Origin: Myxococcota bacterium
GTDB taxonomy: Bacteria; Myxococcota_A; SURF-8
DNA: 64,000 nt
Direction: 5' to 3'
Assembly: GCA_965140415.1 (NCBI GenBank)
Contig: OZ223209.1
Location: 2,799,380-2,863,379, forward strand
In this document: one piece after another, positions 1-10,134 of the stretch
Layout: each line of letters begins with the position of its first letter
How positions within the stretch are numbered: position 1 is the first letter of the stretch
Translations under genes and position numbers: made by a program
The notes under the pieces: model-generated
Database searches by the model: none
What the model saw: only the letters and a program-made list of their open reading frames with translations
Told to the model about the DNA's origin: nothing

Positions 1-101
1 AAAATGCGCGTGTAGGTAATTTCCAGTAGCAGCGTGGCGCAGGTAATGAAAGCGAGTCCCAAAGGAAGCAGGCGCGGTATTTTCTGGTTGTCAGTCGGCA
101 T
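1..101 (-). CDS. 5' end of a membrane protein, probably spermidine-synthase-like/MFS-fused family (continues beyond the window edge)
   Basis: ATG at 101 with GGAG RBS upstream; manual translation MPTDNQKIPRLLPLGLAFITCATLLLEITYTRI is open to the edge; LLLEIxxTRI resembles the first helix of that family. Confidence 0.5.
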   Translation of the reverse strand, partial: MPTDNQKIPRLLPLGLAFITCATLLLEITYTRI

Positions 102-325
102 AGATACTCCATTGCATACAGAACAAAATCACCGATCTCTTATAAAAGAAAGAAGCAGTGAAAGCAACGATATAATGGTAGTTAGGCAATAGTTTGAAGT
201 GGAATCGCGCTGGAGAAGTCGTTTTGGTGTGGGTCGGACATTCTCCTTGGCTTGTGTCTGACAGCTTGTTGTGGTAACTAGATGATCGATTGCCCCTTGG
301 TTAGATGTATTGGGAGGTTTGTATT

Positions 326-2266
326 ATGCTGAACGTTCGACGAGTAATTCTGAAGCTGATGTTTTTGCTGTTGCTTTCGCTGATGGTGGCATGTGCATCC
401 GGTGGTCAGCCAAAAGCGGACACACCGACTAAAACAGAAGAATCGAAAGAAGCAGGTTCGGCTGCGCTGGATATTGAAGCCTATATGAGCATCTTGTCCG
501 TGTCCAACCCGGAGGTATCCCCGGATGGCTGGATTTATTACAAAACCTGGTCCACCGGAGTGGATCAGATCTATCGGGTGCGTGAGAAACAAACGGAAAC
601 CGTGACGGATGAAACGCTGTTCCCGGAAGGCGTGGATTTCTTTTCCCTTTCGCCGGATGGTAACTATCTGGTAATCGGTGCGGATGAGGGCGGAAACGAA
701 CAGTTCAGTCTTTACCTGATGAAAACAGCGTCGCCGGGCGAGGGTGTACAGGCGGTAGCCGTCAACCCGGAAGAGCGCGTCGACGGTGCGCTCTGGTCCT
801 CCGATTCCACGTTTTTCGTATTTCGTGCCAATGGGCGTAACGGCAAGGATTTCGATGTCTGCCGGGTGGATGTGGCTACCAAAAAACGTTCGACTCTGTT
901 TGAGCGTGAAGGCTACACCTGGATTCACGATGTTTCGCCGGATGGGAACTCGGTTCTATTCGCACGCTATTGGGGAGGAAATCTCGCGGATTTGTATCTG
1001 GGAGATGTGACGAGCGGCCAGGTTCGACAACTAACGGAAAAGGAGCGTACGAGCGGGTCCTATGATTCGGCCCGCTTTCTCAAAGATGGTCAGTCGATCA
1101 TTGCAACCACCGACGATGGCTTTGAGCGCAGTGTGATCGTTCGTATGAATTTGGCGACAGGCGAGCGCAAGAAGATCAGCCAGGTGAACTGGGATATCGA
1201 ATCGTTATCGCTTTCACCTGCACGGGATCTGGCGGCTTATGTGTATAACGAACATGGTGCCAGCCGCCTGGTGTTGGCTAAACCGGAAGATCTAACTGAG
1301 ATACGCAAGCCTGAATTGGGGTTGGGTTTGATTTCCGGCATCAGTTTCGGCAACGGTTTTATCGTGTGTGCCTATTCCAATCCGACTCAGACCGTGGATT
1401 TGTGGCGCATCGATTTGAATGATGGGGCGATATCGCAAGTTACATTTTCCGATTACGCAGGGGTGGATCGTTCGCGCTTTGTCATGCCCGAACTGGTACA
1501 TTACCCAACCTTTGATGGACGTTCGATTCCTGCATTCCTGTACCGTCCGAAAGGCTATGAGAATCAGCCTGCTCCCTACGTCATTTATGCGCACGGTGGC
1601 CCGGAATCACAGTTTCGTCCGCAATTCATCCGTAGTTTCCAGTTCATGTTGGAGCGAGGCATCGGTGTGCTGGCTCCCAATGTCCGGGGATCGTCTGGAT
1701 ACGGTCCGGCATATCTGGAGTTGGATAACTACAAGAAACGCATGGACTCCATCACGGATTTTGAATATGCCGCGCGTTATCTGATCGATAACAAAATCGC
1801 CGATCCCAAACGCTTGGGAATTCGGGGAGGCAGTTATGGCGGCTATGTGGTCATGGCGAGTATCACGGAATATCCCGAACGCTATGCAGCGGCGATCAAT
1901 TCTGTTGGAATCGTGAATTTCCTGACCTATTTCCAGCGAACGAAAAAATACAGGCGAGCCGTGCGCGAGAAGGAATACGGCCCGATGAGCGATGAGGATT
2001 TCCTGCGCTCCATCTCGCCGATTTTTAAAATCGACCGCGTAATGACGCCTCTGATGATCGTTCATGGTGAAAACGATCCGCGCGTACCGGTTCAGGAAGC
2101 CAGGCAGATTATCGAGGCCTTGACCGCGCGTAACCAAGTGGTTGAGCCTGTGATTTTCCCCGATGAAGGTCATGGCGTTCAGAAACTGGAAAATCGTTTG
2201 GAGCTATACCGACAGATGGATGCATTCCTGCTTCGGTATCTGAAACCGGATGAGGTTTCCGAATAG
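326..2266 (+). CDS. S9 family (prolyl oligopeptidase/acylaminoacyl peptidase) lipoprotein
   Basis: Lipobox LMVAC; beta-propeller SPDG repeats; catalytic GGSYGG, D(PRVP), (DEG)H; GGAGG RBS favours ATG 326 over 305. Confidence 0.92.
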   Translation: MLNVRRVILKLMFLLLLSLMVACASGGQPKADTPTKTEESKEAGSAALDIEAYMSILSVSNPEVSPDGWIYYKTWSTGVDQIYRVREKQTETVTDETLFPEGVDFFSLSPDGNYLVIGADEGGNEQFSLYLMKTASPGEGVQAVAVNPEERVDGALWSSDSTFFVFRANGRNGKDFDVCRVDVATKKRSTLFEREGYTWIHDVSPDGNSVLFARYWGGNLADLYLGDVTSGQVRQLTEKERTSGSYDSARFLKDGQSIIATTDDGFERSVIVRMNLATGERKKISQVNWDIESLSLSPARDLAAYVYNEHGASRLVLAKPEDLTEIRKPELGLGLISGISFGNGFIVCAYSNPTQTVDLWRIDLNDGAISQVTFSDYAGVDRSRFVMPELVHYPTFDGRSIPAFLYRPKGYENQPAPYVIYAHGGPESQFRPQFIRSFQFMLERGIGVLAPNVRGSSGYGPAYLELDNYKKRMDSITDFEYAARYLIDNKIADPKRLGIRGGSYGGYVVMASITEYPERYAAAINSVGIVNFLTYFQRTKKYRRAVREKEYGPMSDEDFLRSISPIFKIDRVMTPLMIVHGENDPRVPVQEARQIIEALTARNQVVEPVIFPDEGHGVQKLENRLELYRQMDAFLLRYLKPDEVSE

Positions 2267-2288
2267 AGTGATACGAACGGGAGGTTCA

Positions 2289-3965
2289 GTGTCAAAACCA
2301 GGGCGACAGCATGTAAATCTCTTTTCGGGGGTGGAGCGGAGAGTTTCATCGCATCGGAGAATACTCTTCCAGAGTAGAGCTAAAAGAGTGTTGTTTTTCT
2401 TCGTGCTGGGAATGTGGTGTTTCGTGCTGCCTTGTGCTGCTTCGGAATATGAGAGCGAGCGCTATCACGAATCGATAAAGAGTTTGGATCGAACTGCGGG
2501 GGAGATCGCACTTGGCGACAAAATCCGCCACCGATTTGGACTGGCAGGCAAAAGGCCTCCTAGCTACGACTCCGGGGTGACACTGGCGGCGAAATTGGAA
2601 GCGGAGATGCTTTCTGACTCTGCCAATGATGACAAAACGCCGGAAAGCGAGAACCTGGAGCATATTCGAGAGCGATTGCGTCAGGCGGGAATTTCCGACT
2701 ATCACGTAACCGGAGCAAAGGCGATACAGCCCACGACGAGTCTTGTCGTGGAATCGCTGTTGCGTTGGGTGGATGCGCAGAGACAGGACAATTGGAACCG
2801 GTTCGGTGTCGCTTTGGTGGGATACGGTGAGCGCGTACTTGGCATCGTGTTTTTAACGGAACGGCAAGTGCGTGTGAATTCGATGGCGCGTCAATTGGCT
2901 AAGCCGGGAAATATCACAGTTGAAGGACAGGTGCTGCAACCGGTCAAGGATTTACAGGTTTATCTCGAATTGCCTACAGGCCGAGTAACACAACAACGTC
3001 CCATGCGATTGGCTTCCGGGGCATTTAGCCAGCTACTGAAGTTCAAGAAGGATGGCAGCTATCGGGTGCAGATCGTGATCGATCGTGGGCAAGGTCCGCA
3101 GGTCGCATCCTTAATGGATATTTCGGTCGGCAATGCGCCGCATCGTGCAAAAGTTCCAACCTTTGGAGCGGCGGATGATGCTCCACTCGATGTCATTCAG
3201 CGACAGATGCTTGAATGGATCAATTTGATAAGAAGGGGTTATGTGCTTGCACCACTGCGACATAGTGAGCGGTTGTCCACGATTATTCAGAGTAAAGTGA
3301 ATGCCACCAATGGAAGCGAGCCGTTGCGGCATCGAGGGAAAAATGGCCAGGGACCGGGTGAGTTGCTTCAGGATGCGGGAATCGATACGGAAGCGTATGG
3401 CGAGAATCTGGGGCGGAATCGGAAGCTTTCAAGTTTGATGCGCGAGTTGATACAAAGCCCGGCCCATCGGCAGAATTTGCTTGCTTCGCACTATACACAT
3501 GTGGGGATTGGCCTTCGTAAAATTCAAGACACCGGGATCTGGACGGTTGGCCAACTGTTTGCTCGTCTGCCGGTAAGTCCGATCTACAAAACGGGGCGTG
3601 TGTTGAACCTACAGCCGGAGTTCTGGCAGGATATCCACAAGGAGAGGTTTCGTCGCAAGCTTCCCGCTCTGTCCGTCAGTCGTACACTGATGAATCAAGC
3701 GAAGGAACTGGTACGTAGTCAGGGCAGGGGAGGACGTATCAACAGTATCCGTTTGCGTGAAATGGCTGAACGAAAAATCAGCTCTGCTCCCAACCAGTTG
3801 GCACAGATGGTGGTGGTGCTTCCTGTTGCTTCATTGGACGAATTGAAACACTTCGCCGGATTCGTACAGGCACGATGGAAACTGGCGGGTGTATCGCTGA
3901 TTCAGACAAAGCCGAAAGGATTATTGGCGTTAATCGTATTGGGTGAGCAATACGATAGCAAATAG
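2289..3965 (+). CDS. secreted CAP (SCP/Tpx-1/Ag5) domain protein
   Basis: INLIR, GENLG, SPAHRQNLL and HVGIG CAP motifs; a second degenerate CAP domain at the C-terminus; hydrophobic signal segment; GTG 2289 has a GGAGG RBS (ORF open from 2250). Confidence 0.8.
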   Translation: MSKPGRQHVNLFSGVERRVSSHRRILFQSRAKRVLFFFVLGMWCFVLPCAASEYESERYHESIKSLDRTAGEIALGDKIRHRFGLAGKRPPSYDSGVTLAAKLEAEMLSDSANDDKTPESENLEHIRERLRQAGISDYHVTGAKAIQPTTSLVVESLLRWVDAQRQDNWNRFGVALVGYGERVLGIVFLTERQVRVNSMARQLAKPGNITVEGQVLQPVKDLQVYLELPTGRVTQQRPMRLASGAFSQLLKFKKDGSYRVQIVIDRGQGPQVASLMDISVGNAPHRAKVPTFGAADDAPLDVIQRQMLEWINLIRRGYVLAPLRHSERLSTIIQSKVNATNGSEPLRHRGKNGQGPGELLQDAGIDTEAYGENLGRNRKLSSLMRELIQSPAHRQNLLASHYTHVGIGLRKIQDTGIWTVGQLFARLPVSPIYKTGRVLNLQPEFWQDIHKERFRRKLPALSVSRTLMNQAKELVRSQGRGGRINSIRLREMAERKISSAPNQLAQMVVVLPVASLDELKHFAGFVQARWKLAGVSLIQTKPKGLLALIVLGEQYDSK

Positions 3966-3972
3966 GCTGCTG

Positions 3973-5025
3973 CTACCAGCGCGCCTCGTGATCTTCCACG
4001 ACGCCGGGGACATCTTCCAGCCGCAGGCTGGGGCCATCGGGGATATTGAGATTTCCGCTGAACGTCCCGATCGGTTGATGAAAACAACTGACAATCAACC
4101 CGGTATTCAAGGTTTCCGAACGTTCTCCACGCGGATTGAATTGCACATCTACCACACCATCGTCGGTTTGTACACGCCAGGGAGACAGAATCGCCCTCTT
4201 ATTGTAGGTGAATGTCGCATGCCCGACCGGGTAGCGTTTGCCGTCCACCCAGATTGCATTTTCAGTGAAGGTCGGATGATGATCCGGCTGCACCAGGTTC
4301 AGCCCGATGCGAGACCCTTCTTTGCTGGTGCCACCAAAGCAGGCCCAGCGCCATTCCCAGTGATAGTCGTGATATCCGGCGGTATGATCCACCGCGCCGA
4401 AGGAATAGCCTTTGGGGAGATCGTATTGAGTATCGCCGAGTTGAATGCGACCGCTTACCGGCAATCCGGCCAGTTTGTGCGTAAAGGCAAAGGAACCCTT
4501 CGGGGTTGGCGTAATCACCTGATGAGGAACGGTTTTCGACGGATTTTCTTCGATCTCGGCAGTGATGCGTAACGGTCCCTGCCTGGTCGTTACATCGACA
4601 TCTACCCGTTCGATATCGCCCTGGGTGCCATATTCCATGGACACACGGTTATTGCCTTGTAAAAACGTGGCATGACCCTGAGAGGCGTGATCGCTGATCG
4701 ATACGCCACGCGCCAGCGGACTCATTCCTTTGAACTCGACCAGCCGGTGAGTTGTCATATCGAAGACATAAGCAAAAGTCGTCCCAATGTATCCCGTGTC
4801 GACAACAGCGATTCCACACATCACCGAAGGCGAAAACAGACCGACGAAGCGCCAGCGTTTTTCACGATAGCGGCGCATGAACGAAGCGAAGGAGGGCAGG
4901 TGTTTATTCAGCGCTTCCGGTGCAATCTTGGAAAGAGGATATTCAGACAAGGTCAGGTCTTGAATTTCACCCGCGTACAGTCCGTATGCAACATCGCCGG
5001 AATCTGCAAATAGATCAGAAGCCAT
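3973..5025 (-). CDS. DUF2804-like protein
   Basis: KRWRFVG, GAVDHTAGYH, WRWACF, ENAIWVDG and QPIGTFSG motifs and terminal EDHEARW match this family as I recall it; alternative TTG start at 5055. Confidence 0.7.
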   Translation of the reverse strand: MASDLFADSGDVAYGLYAGEIQDLTLSEYPLSKIAPEALNKHLPSFASFMRRYREKRWRFVGLFSPSVMCGIAVVDTGYIGTTFAYVFDMTTHRLVEFKGMSPLARGVSISDHASQGHATFLQGNNRVSMEYGTQGDIERVDVDVTTRQGPLRITAEIEENPSKTVPHQVITPTPKGSFAFTHKLAGLPVSGRIQLGDTQYDLPKGYSFGAVDHTAGYHDYHWEWRWACFGGTSKEGSRIGLNLVQPDHHPTFTENAIWVDGKRYPVGHATFTYNKRAILSPWRVQTDDGVVDVQFNPRGERSETLNTGLIVSCFHQPIGTFSGNLNIPDGPSLRLEDVPGVVEDHEARW

Positions 5026-5133
5026 CGGTCTATCCTTTTTTTGAAACTGGGGCAAGCGCGAAGAATGGCTTTATGCTTGTATCAGGAGGTCGTCCATTCC
5101 ACGATCGATCCTTCTGAAGTGTAACTCATTACA

Positions 5134-6336
5134 CTAGGGATTGCGATACTCTTTATGGAAGGCGGCGATCTTTTCATAAGCCGAAACCAACGTCTCTTCC
5201 TGCGGCAGAAAGACCACACGGAAATGCGCGGTGCCGGGGCGTTGCCCGAATCCCGAACCGGGAACCGCAACCACGCCGGTGGATTTGATCAACTCGGAAA
5301 CCCAGTGATTGTCATCTTTGACACCATGAAGTTTCGGGAAGGCGTAAAACGCACCTTGTGGCGACACGCAACTGATTCCTTCTACTTCATTAAGCATCTT
5401 GGTCGTGATGTCACGACGTCTTCGGAGTTTTTCAAGAACTTCAGGCAAATGCGCCTGATCGCCTTGCAAGCAGGGTTTGACGGCATACTGGATCGGATGA
5501 TTGGCGCATAGTCTGGAGCGCAGGATTTTGTTGATCGCTTCGATGTAGTCTCCCATAATCTCCTGCTGTCCACTTACGATGCCCCAGCCGATGCGCAGGC
5601 CGGGACCGAGATAAGATTTCGACAAGCCGTTGAAGGTAATGCAACTGAGTTCCGAATCCAGGGAAGCCGTACTGATATGCTGCACGTCATCCAATAGCAG
5701 TTTGTCGTAAATTTCATCTGAGAACAGTACGAGATTGTATTTCTTCGCCAGCGCGATGACCTGTTGCAGCGTTTCTTTCGTGTATAACGCCCCGGTTGGA
5801 TTGTTGGGATTGATCAGCACGATAGCGCGGGTTTTATCGTTGATTTTGCTTTCCATGTCCGCGATATCCGGCTGCCAGCCATTTTCTTCATCCAGATAAT
5901 AAGGATTTTCTTCCGCCTGTAACTTGGCGATAACCGCCGTATACAGGGGATAACCGGGAGCGGGCGTCAGAATGTTTTCTCCGGGATTCAGTAGCGCAGT
6001 CAGGCAGATTTCAATCGCTTCACTGGCTCCAGTCGTTACAAAAATATCCTGGATGTTTTCAATGCCTTTTCTCGCGGCTTCCTCGTGCACGGATTGTACC
6101 GCTTCGCTAATACCGGAGGAAGGTGAGTATCCGGCGTGGTTTTCCAACATGGCTTTATGGGTGGCTTCGATGACCGGCGCGGGGACCATGAAATCGTATA
6201 CGTTCGGATCTCCGATGTTCAGGTACAACATCTCTTTGCCGGTTTTTGCAACCTGTTGTGCAAGTACAACGATATCACGCACGGCATAACGAATATCCTG
6301 GGTGCGTTTGGCGGGGCGAATGGGAGTTAAGGTCAT
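5134..6336 (-). CDS. PLP-dependent class I/II aminotransferase (AlaA/alanine aminotransferase-like)
   Basis: LNIGDP, INPNNPTG, SDEIYD, GLSKSYLGPGLRIGW (PLP lysine), PGSGFG. Confidence 0.88.
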   Translation of the reverse strand: MTLTPIRPAKRTQDIRYAVRDIVVLAQQVAKTGKEMLYLNIGDPNVYDFMVPAPVIEATHKAMLENHAGYSPSSGISEAVQSVHEEAARKGIENIQDIFVTTGASEAIEICLTALLNPGENILTPAPGYPLYTAVIAKLQAEENPYYLDEENGWQPDIADMESKINDKTRAIVLINPNNPTGALYTKETLQQVIALAKKYNLVLFSDEIYDKLLLDDVQHISTASLDSELSCITFNGLSKSYLGPGLRIGWGIVSGQQEIMGDYIEAINKILRSRLCANHPIQYAVKPCLQGDQAHLPEVLEKLRRRRDITTKMLNEVEGISCVSPQGAFYAFPKLHGVKDDNHWVSELIKSTGVVAVPGSGFGQRPGTAHFRVVFLPQEETLVSAYEKIAAFHKEYRNP

Positions 6337-6397
6337 TGTAACCTCCTGTGTTCGTTATGTTTATCGACGCACCGGCACCGGGTGACATCGGTTGCGG

Positions 6398-6426
6398 ATG
6401 GTAACGCGGAAGGGCGGGGCTGTCAA
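6398..6426 (-). promoter_or_regulatory. sigma70-type promoter of the aminotransferase gene
   Basis: TTGACA-17 nt-TACCAT on the minus strand. Confidence 0.55.
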
Positions 6427-6554
6427 TCAAGTTTCGAGAAGGGATTCGGATTATTACTGAAATCAATCGCGTCGTTATTTCCTTGAGGTGAGAAGGGGCA
6501 TCTGCTATACAGGAGCATCTGTTATTAGACCTTAAAAGGACGTTTGACTGCCTC

Positions 6555-7130
6555 ATGAAACGACTTGCAACACTTTGCCTGTTTTTCATCCTCCTGCTGA
6601 TGGCTCCTGCCGTATTCGCTCAGGATTATTCCTACCTCGACGACGAAGAAGAGGATCACTGGATGTTTTCCCTTTCTCCCGGCTACGGTTTGCTCTACGT
6701 CAGTGGGGAAGAGGATATTCGACATGGGTTCGGTAGCAGTATCGAAGGAAATTATGAAGTCGCTCCGGGCTGGCGCGTGGGATTGAAAGCAAAGCTTGGA
6801 ATCTACGATGGAGATAAAGATCAAGACCAGGGAATCTATACGCAAGTCGCCTTGTTGGGAGGCGCGCGCTACACTTTTCTACGGGACTGGGTACAGCCGT
6901 ATGTGTTTGTCGATCTGGGGTGGGTGCGCACGGAACTGGATAGGGAAACCGATACGATACTGACCAGTCATTCCATGCAGATCGAGGGTGGCCTGGGAGT
7001 CAGCTTCCGCATTCTGAAAAGCTTTTATTTGGGGTTGGAAGCCGCCGTGGGACCGCAGCTTTTCGGCCACGACGATATCCACGGCAGCTTCTATTTCCAC
7101 GGACTGCTCTGTTTCGAGCTTCGAGTCTAA
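6555..7130 (+). CDS. small outer-membrane beta-barrel protein
   Basis: Signal peptide ending AVFA-Q; alternating amphipathic strands (GARYTF, VQPYV, GGLGVSF). Confidence 0.7.
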   Translation: MKRLATLCLFFILLLMAPAVFAQDYSYLDDEEEDHWMFSLSPGYGLLYVSGEEDIRHGFGSSIEGNYEVAPGWRVGLKAKLGIYDGDKDQDQGIYTQVALLGGARYTFLRDWVQPYVFVDLGWVRTELDRETDTILTSHSMQIEGGLGVSFRILKSFYLGLEAAVGPQLFGHDDIHGSFYFHGLLCFELRV

Positions 7131-7145
7131 CCTGTTAAAAACCTA

Positions 7146-7859
7146 TTATTTTCCTACGGTTGTGCCAATGGCCTTACCCAGCAGGGCCTGTTGGATGTTT
7201 CCCGCCTTCAGTTGACTGAATACCCGGATCGGCAGGTTGTTGTCACGGCAGAGTGAAAAAGCGGTCTGATCCATTACCCGCAATGACTTTGCCAGCGCTT
7301 CGTCAAATGACACGCTGTCGTACAGTTCCGCATCATCGAATTTTGCAGGGTCTTTGGAGTAGACACCATCGACTTTCGTCGCTTTCAATAGTTCATCGCA
7401 ATGCAGTTCCACCGCACGCAGCGCCGCTGCCGTATCCGTCGTGAAGTAGGGATTTCCAGAGCCACCGGCCAGAATGACGACTTCCCCACGATTCATCGCC
7501 TGTTCGGCTGCCGGTTGAGCGTAACCGGGAACGACGTGTCCGACCGCGAAGGCGGAGAACACGCAGGCAGGCTGTCCAACGGACAAAAGCGCGGATTCCA
7601 TCGCCAGACCGTTGATTACGGTCGCCAGCATACCCATGTAGTCGCCTTTGTAGCGATCCATGCCCAGAGATTGCCCGATGGAACCACGGAAGATGTTGCC
7701 ACCCCCGACCACGATTCCGATTTGTACTCCGGCGCTAGCTGCCGCTTTGATTTCCGTTGCCAATTCTTTTGTAAATGAGGCGTCGATCACTGCGCCTTTT
7801 CCGGAAGGACACAACGCCTCCCCGGACATTTTAAGCAGTACTCGTCTGGTTTCGCTCAT
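7146..7859 (-). CDS. pyrH: UMP kinase
   Basis: RVLLKMSGEAL, VVGGGNIFRG, GNPYFTTDTAAALRA, KVDGVY; downstream of tsf; AAGGAG RBS supports ATG 7859. Confidence 0.97.
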   Translation of the reverse strand: MSETRRVLLKMSGEALCPSGKGAVIDASFTKELATEIKAAASAGVQIGIVVGGGNIFRGSIGQSLGMDRYKGDYMGMLATVINGLAMESALLSVGQPACVFSAFAVGHVVPGYAQPAAEQAMNRGEVVILAGGSGNPYFTTDTAAALRAVELHCDELLKATKVDGVYSKDPAKFDDAELYDSVSFDEALAKSLRVMDQTAFSLCRDNNLPIRVFSQLKAGNIQQALLGKAIGTTVGK

Positions 7860-7961
7860 GTTTCGCTCCTTGGTTGTAAAGGATGTCATGTTTTTCCGGT
7901 TATATGCTCAGATTATATCCGGTTTTGTCGTTCACGTCAGTATGTTGCTAATAAATCCCAG

Positions 7962-7996
7962 AAAAACGCCCCTGGCCGGTTCGGCTCAGGGGCGTT
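7962..7996 (-). terminator. intrinsic terminator after tsf
   Basis: AACGCCCTG...CAGGGGCGTT hairpin followed by a T-run on the minus strand. Confidence 0.65.
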
Positions 7997-8027
7997 GAAA
8001 AATCAGTCATCGCTTGTTTATCGTATC

Positions 8028-8984
8028 TTATTTTCCGTCCAGTTGAGCGGCGACTTCGGCGGCCAGGTCGTTGGAACGTTTTTCCAGTCCTTCACCTACC
8101 TGCCAACGAGTGAAGCGGCGAATGCTCAACTCTTTGCCGATTTCTTTGCCAACGGCTGCCAGGGCTTTGCTAACCGTCAGACTGGTGTCATGTACCCAGA
8201 TCTGCTCGAGCAGGACGTTGTCTTTGAAGTACTTATTCATTTTGCCGTCCACAATGCGGTCGGCCAATTCCGCCGGTTTGCCGGATTCGATAACCTGCGT
8301 TTTGTAAATCTCGCGTTCGCGGGCTAACAGGTCTTCCGGAACTTCTTCACGAGTTACGCAAATAGGATTGCTGGCCGTGGCGTGCATAGACAGCATTTTG
8401 GCGAAATTCTGAACCGGTTCCAGCTGTGCCGCATCCGCTGAACAACCCAGTTCGACCAGCACTCCCAGTTTGCCACCCATATGGATGTAGGAGTTGAACA
8501 GACCTTCGCCGTCCAGTTCCCAACGGACGAAGCGACGAGGGCTGATGTTTTCGCCGATGTTCGCTACGAGATTGTTCACGACATCGTTCACGCTCAGGTT
8601 CTCATCTGCGATCCACTTCTGATCGTAAAGGGCATCCGCGCCTTCTTCTGCCTTGATGACCTTGGGCGCCTTGGCGGCGATGTGCATGCGAAGGTTTTCC
8701 ACAAAAGCCTGGAAGTCGGGGTTACGGGCGACGAAATCGGTTTCGCAGTTAACTTCCACGATCACGCCCGTTTTGCCATCATCACTAATATAGGAGGCAA
8801 CCGCGCCTTCACTGGTGATGCGTCCGGCTTTTTTCGCCGCTGCGCTCAAACCTTTTTTACGCAGGAAATCAATTGCAGCCTGCATATCACCGTCGGACTC
8901 GACGAGTGCTTTTTTACAATCCATCATACCCGCGCCGGTTTTCTCGCGCAGCTCCTTAACCATCAATGCCGTTACGTTGGCCAT
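8028..8984 (-). CDS. tsf: translation elongation factor Ts
   Basis: VKELREKTGAGMMDCKKAL, EVNCETDFVA; follows rpsB. Confidence 0.98.
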   Translation of the reverse strand: MANVTALMVKELREKTGAGMMDCKKALVESDGDMQAAIDFLRKKGLSAAAKKAGRITSEGAVASYISDDGKTGVIVEVNCETDFVARNPDFQAFVENLRMHIAAKAPKVIKAEEGADALYDQKWIADENLSVNDVVNNLVANIGENISPRRFVRWELDGEGLFNSYIHMGGKLGVLVELGCSADAAQLEPVQNFAKMLSMHATASNPICVTREEVPEDLLAREREIYKTQVIESGKPAELADRIVDGKMNKYFKDNVLLEQIWVHDTSLTVSKALAAVGKEIGKELSIRRFTRWQVGEGLEKRSNDLAAEVAAQLDGK

Positions 8985-9060
8985 TGTCTTACCTCTCTTG
9001 GTCTATAGCTCAACTCATACTTTAAATGAGTTGCGGTCAGTTATGAAAAAAACAAGCTTA

Positions 9061-9933
9061 TTATTCGGCTGCGGAATCTTCTTTAGAATCCGACGGTGCA
9101 GCTTCCGCCTCGGCTTTTTCAGCGGTGGCGTCAGCCTCGGTCTCCTTGCGCGGAGCAACCTTCTTCACAGCAACTTTCTTGCCGCCGATATCACGCTTCT
9201 CTTCGCTGATCGAACCGTCCTTCGCCTTGGCCGGAGAGGTGTCCTTTTGCAGAGCCTGGCCTTCCAAACAGGCGTCGGCCACTTTGCGGGAGAACAGGCG
9301 AATCGCGCGAATGGCGTCGTCGTTGCCCGGAATCACGTAATCCACACCATCGGGATTGCAGTTGGTATCGCAAACCGCGATAACCGGGATACCCAGGGTG
9401 TTGGCTTCGTGAACGGCGATTCTTTCCTTGACCGGATCGATGACGAACATCACGCCGGGAAGGCGACCCATTTTGCGGATACCGGACAAGTTCTTGGACA
9501 ACTTCTGGCGAAGCTTGTCCTTCATCATTGCTTCTTTTTTCGTACGAACCGGGTAGTTGCCGTCTTCGAACATCTTTTCCAGTTCGTTCAGGTTGTCGAT
9601 GGAAATGCGGATGGTGCGGAAGTTGGTCATCGTACCGCCCAACCAGCGGTTGTTGACGAAAAACATTCCGGCGCGTTCGGATTCCTGCTTGACCACGTCC
9701 GCCGCCTGGCGTTTGGTTCCCACGAACAGCACGGATTCGCCATCGGCAACGCGATCGACGATGAACTGATACGCTTCGCGGAACATACGCACGGTCTGCT
9801 GCAAGTCGATGATATGCACACCATTGCGAGCGCCGAAAATGTAAGGTTTCATTTTCGGGTTCCAACGCGCCGTCTGGTGACCAAAATGGACACCGGCTTC
9901 CAACAATTCTTTCATTGTGATAGGTCCAGGCAT
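9061..9933 (-). CDS. rpsB: 30S ribosomal protein S2
   Basis: [38 protein letters not shown]. Confidence 0.99.
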   Translation of the reverse strand: MPGPITMKELLEAGVHFGHQTARWNPKMKPYIFGARNGVHIIDLQQTVRMFREAYQFIVDRVADGESVLFVGTKRQAADVVKQESERAGMFFVNNRWLGGTMTNFRTIRISIDNLNELEKMFEDGNYPVRTKKEAMMKDKLRQKLSKNLSGIRKMGRLPGVMFVIDPVKERIAVHEANTLGIPVIAVCDTNCNPDGVDYVIPGNDDAIRAIRLFSRKVADACLEGQALQKDTSPAKAKDGSISEEKRDIGGKKVAVKKVAPRKETEADATAEKAEAEAAPSDSKEDSAAE

Positions 9934-9948
9934 GATCGATCCTTTCGT

Positions 9949-10026
9949 GTTATGCCTCCACCTTCGTCAAGTGATTATTGCCACCGGATGACCGGCACAC
10001 AGGCAAGCTCATCGGAAGGTGTGTGA
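9949..10026 (-). ncRNA. rpsB leader RNA (t44/S2 autoregulatory element)
   Basis: Minus strand CACACACCTTC...GTGTGCC...GAAGGTGGAGGCATAAC: closing stem CACCTTC/GAAGGTG and the conserved t44-like ends, directly upstream of rpsB. Confidence 0.75.
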
Positions 10027-10134
10027 AATACGTCGGTTAGGACAATCCCAACCGTCCGGGGCGCTATGTCTAGCAGACATGCCTTAAAATTGCAAGCAAT
10101 TTCTTTATATAGTAGAAAACCAATCCTTCGGAAA

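Noticed and set aside
8815-10026. 403-aa ORF antisense to rpsB/tsf, and similar long antisense ORFs over argG, argB, argD and the HdrD-like gene
   Set aside because: They fully overlap highly conserved genes on the opposite strand and have no recognisable motifs
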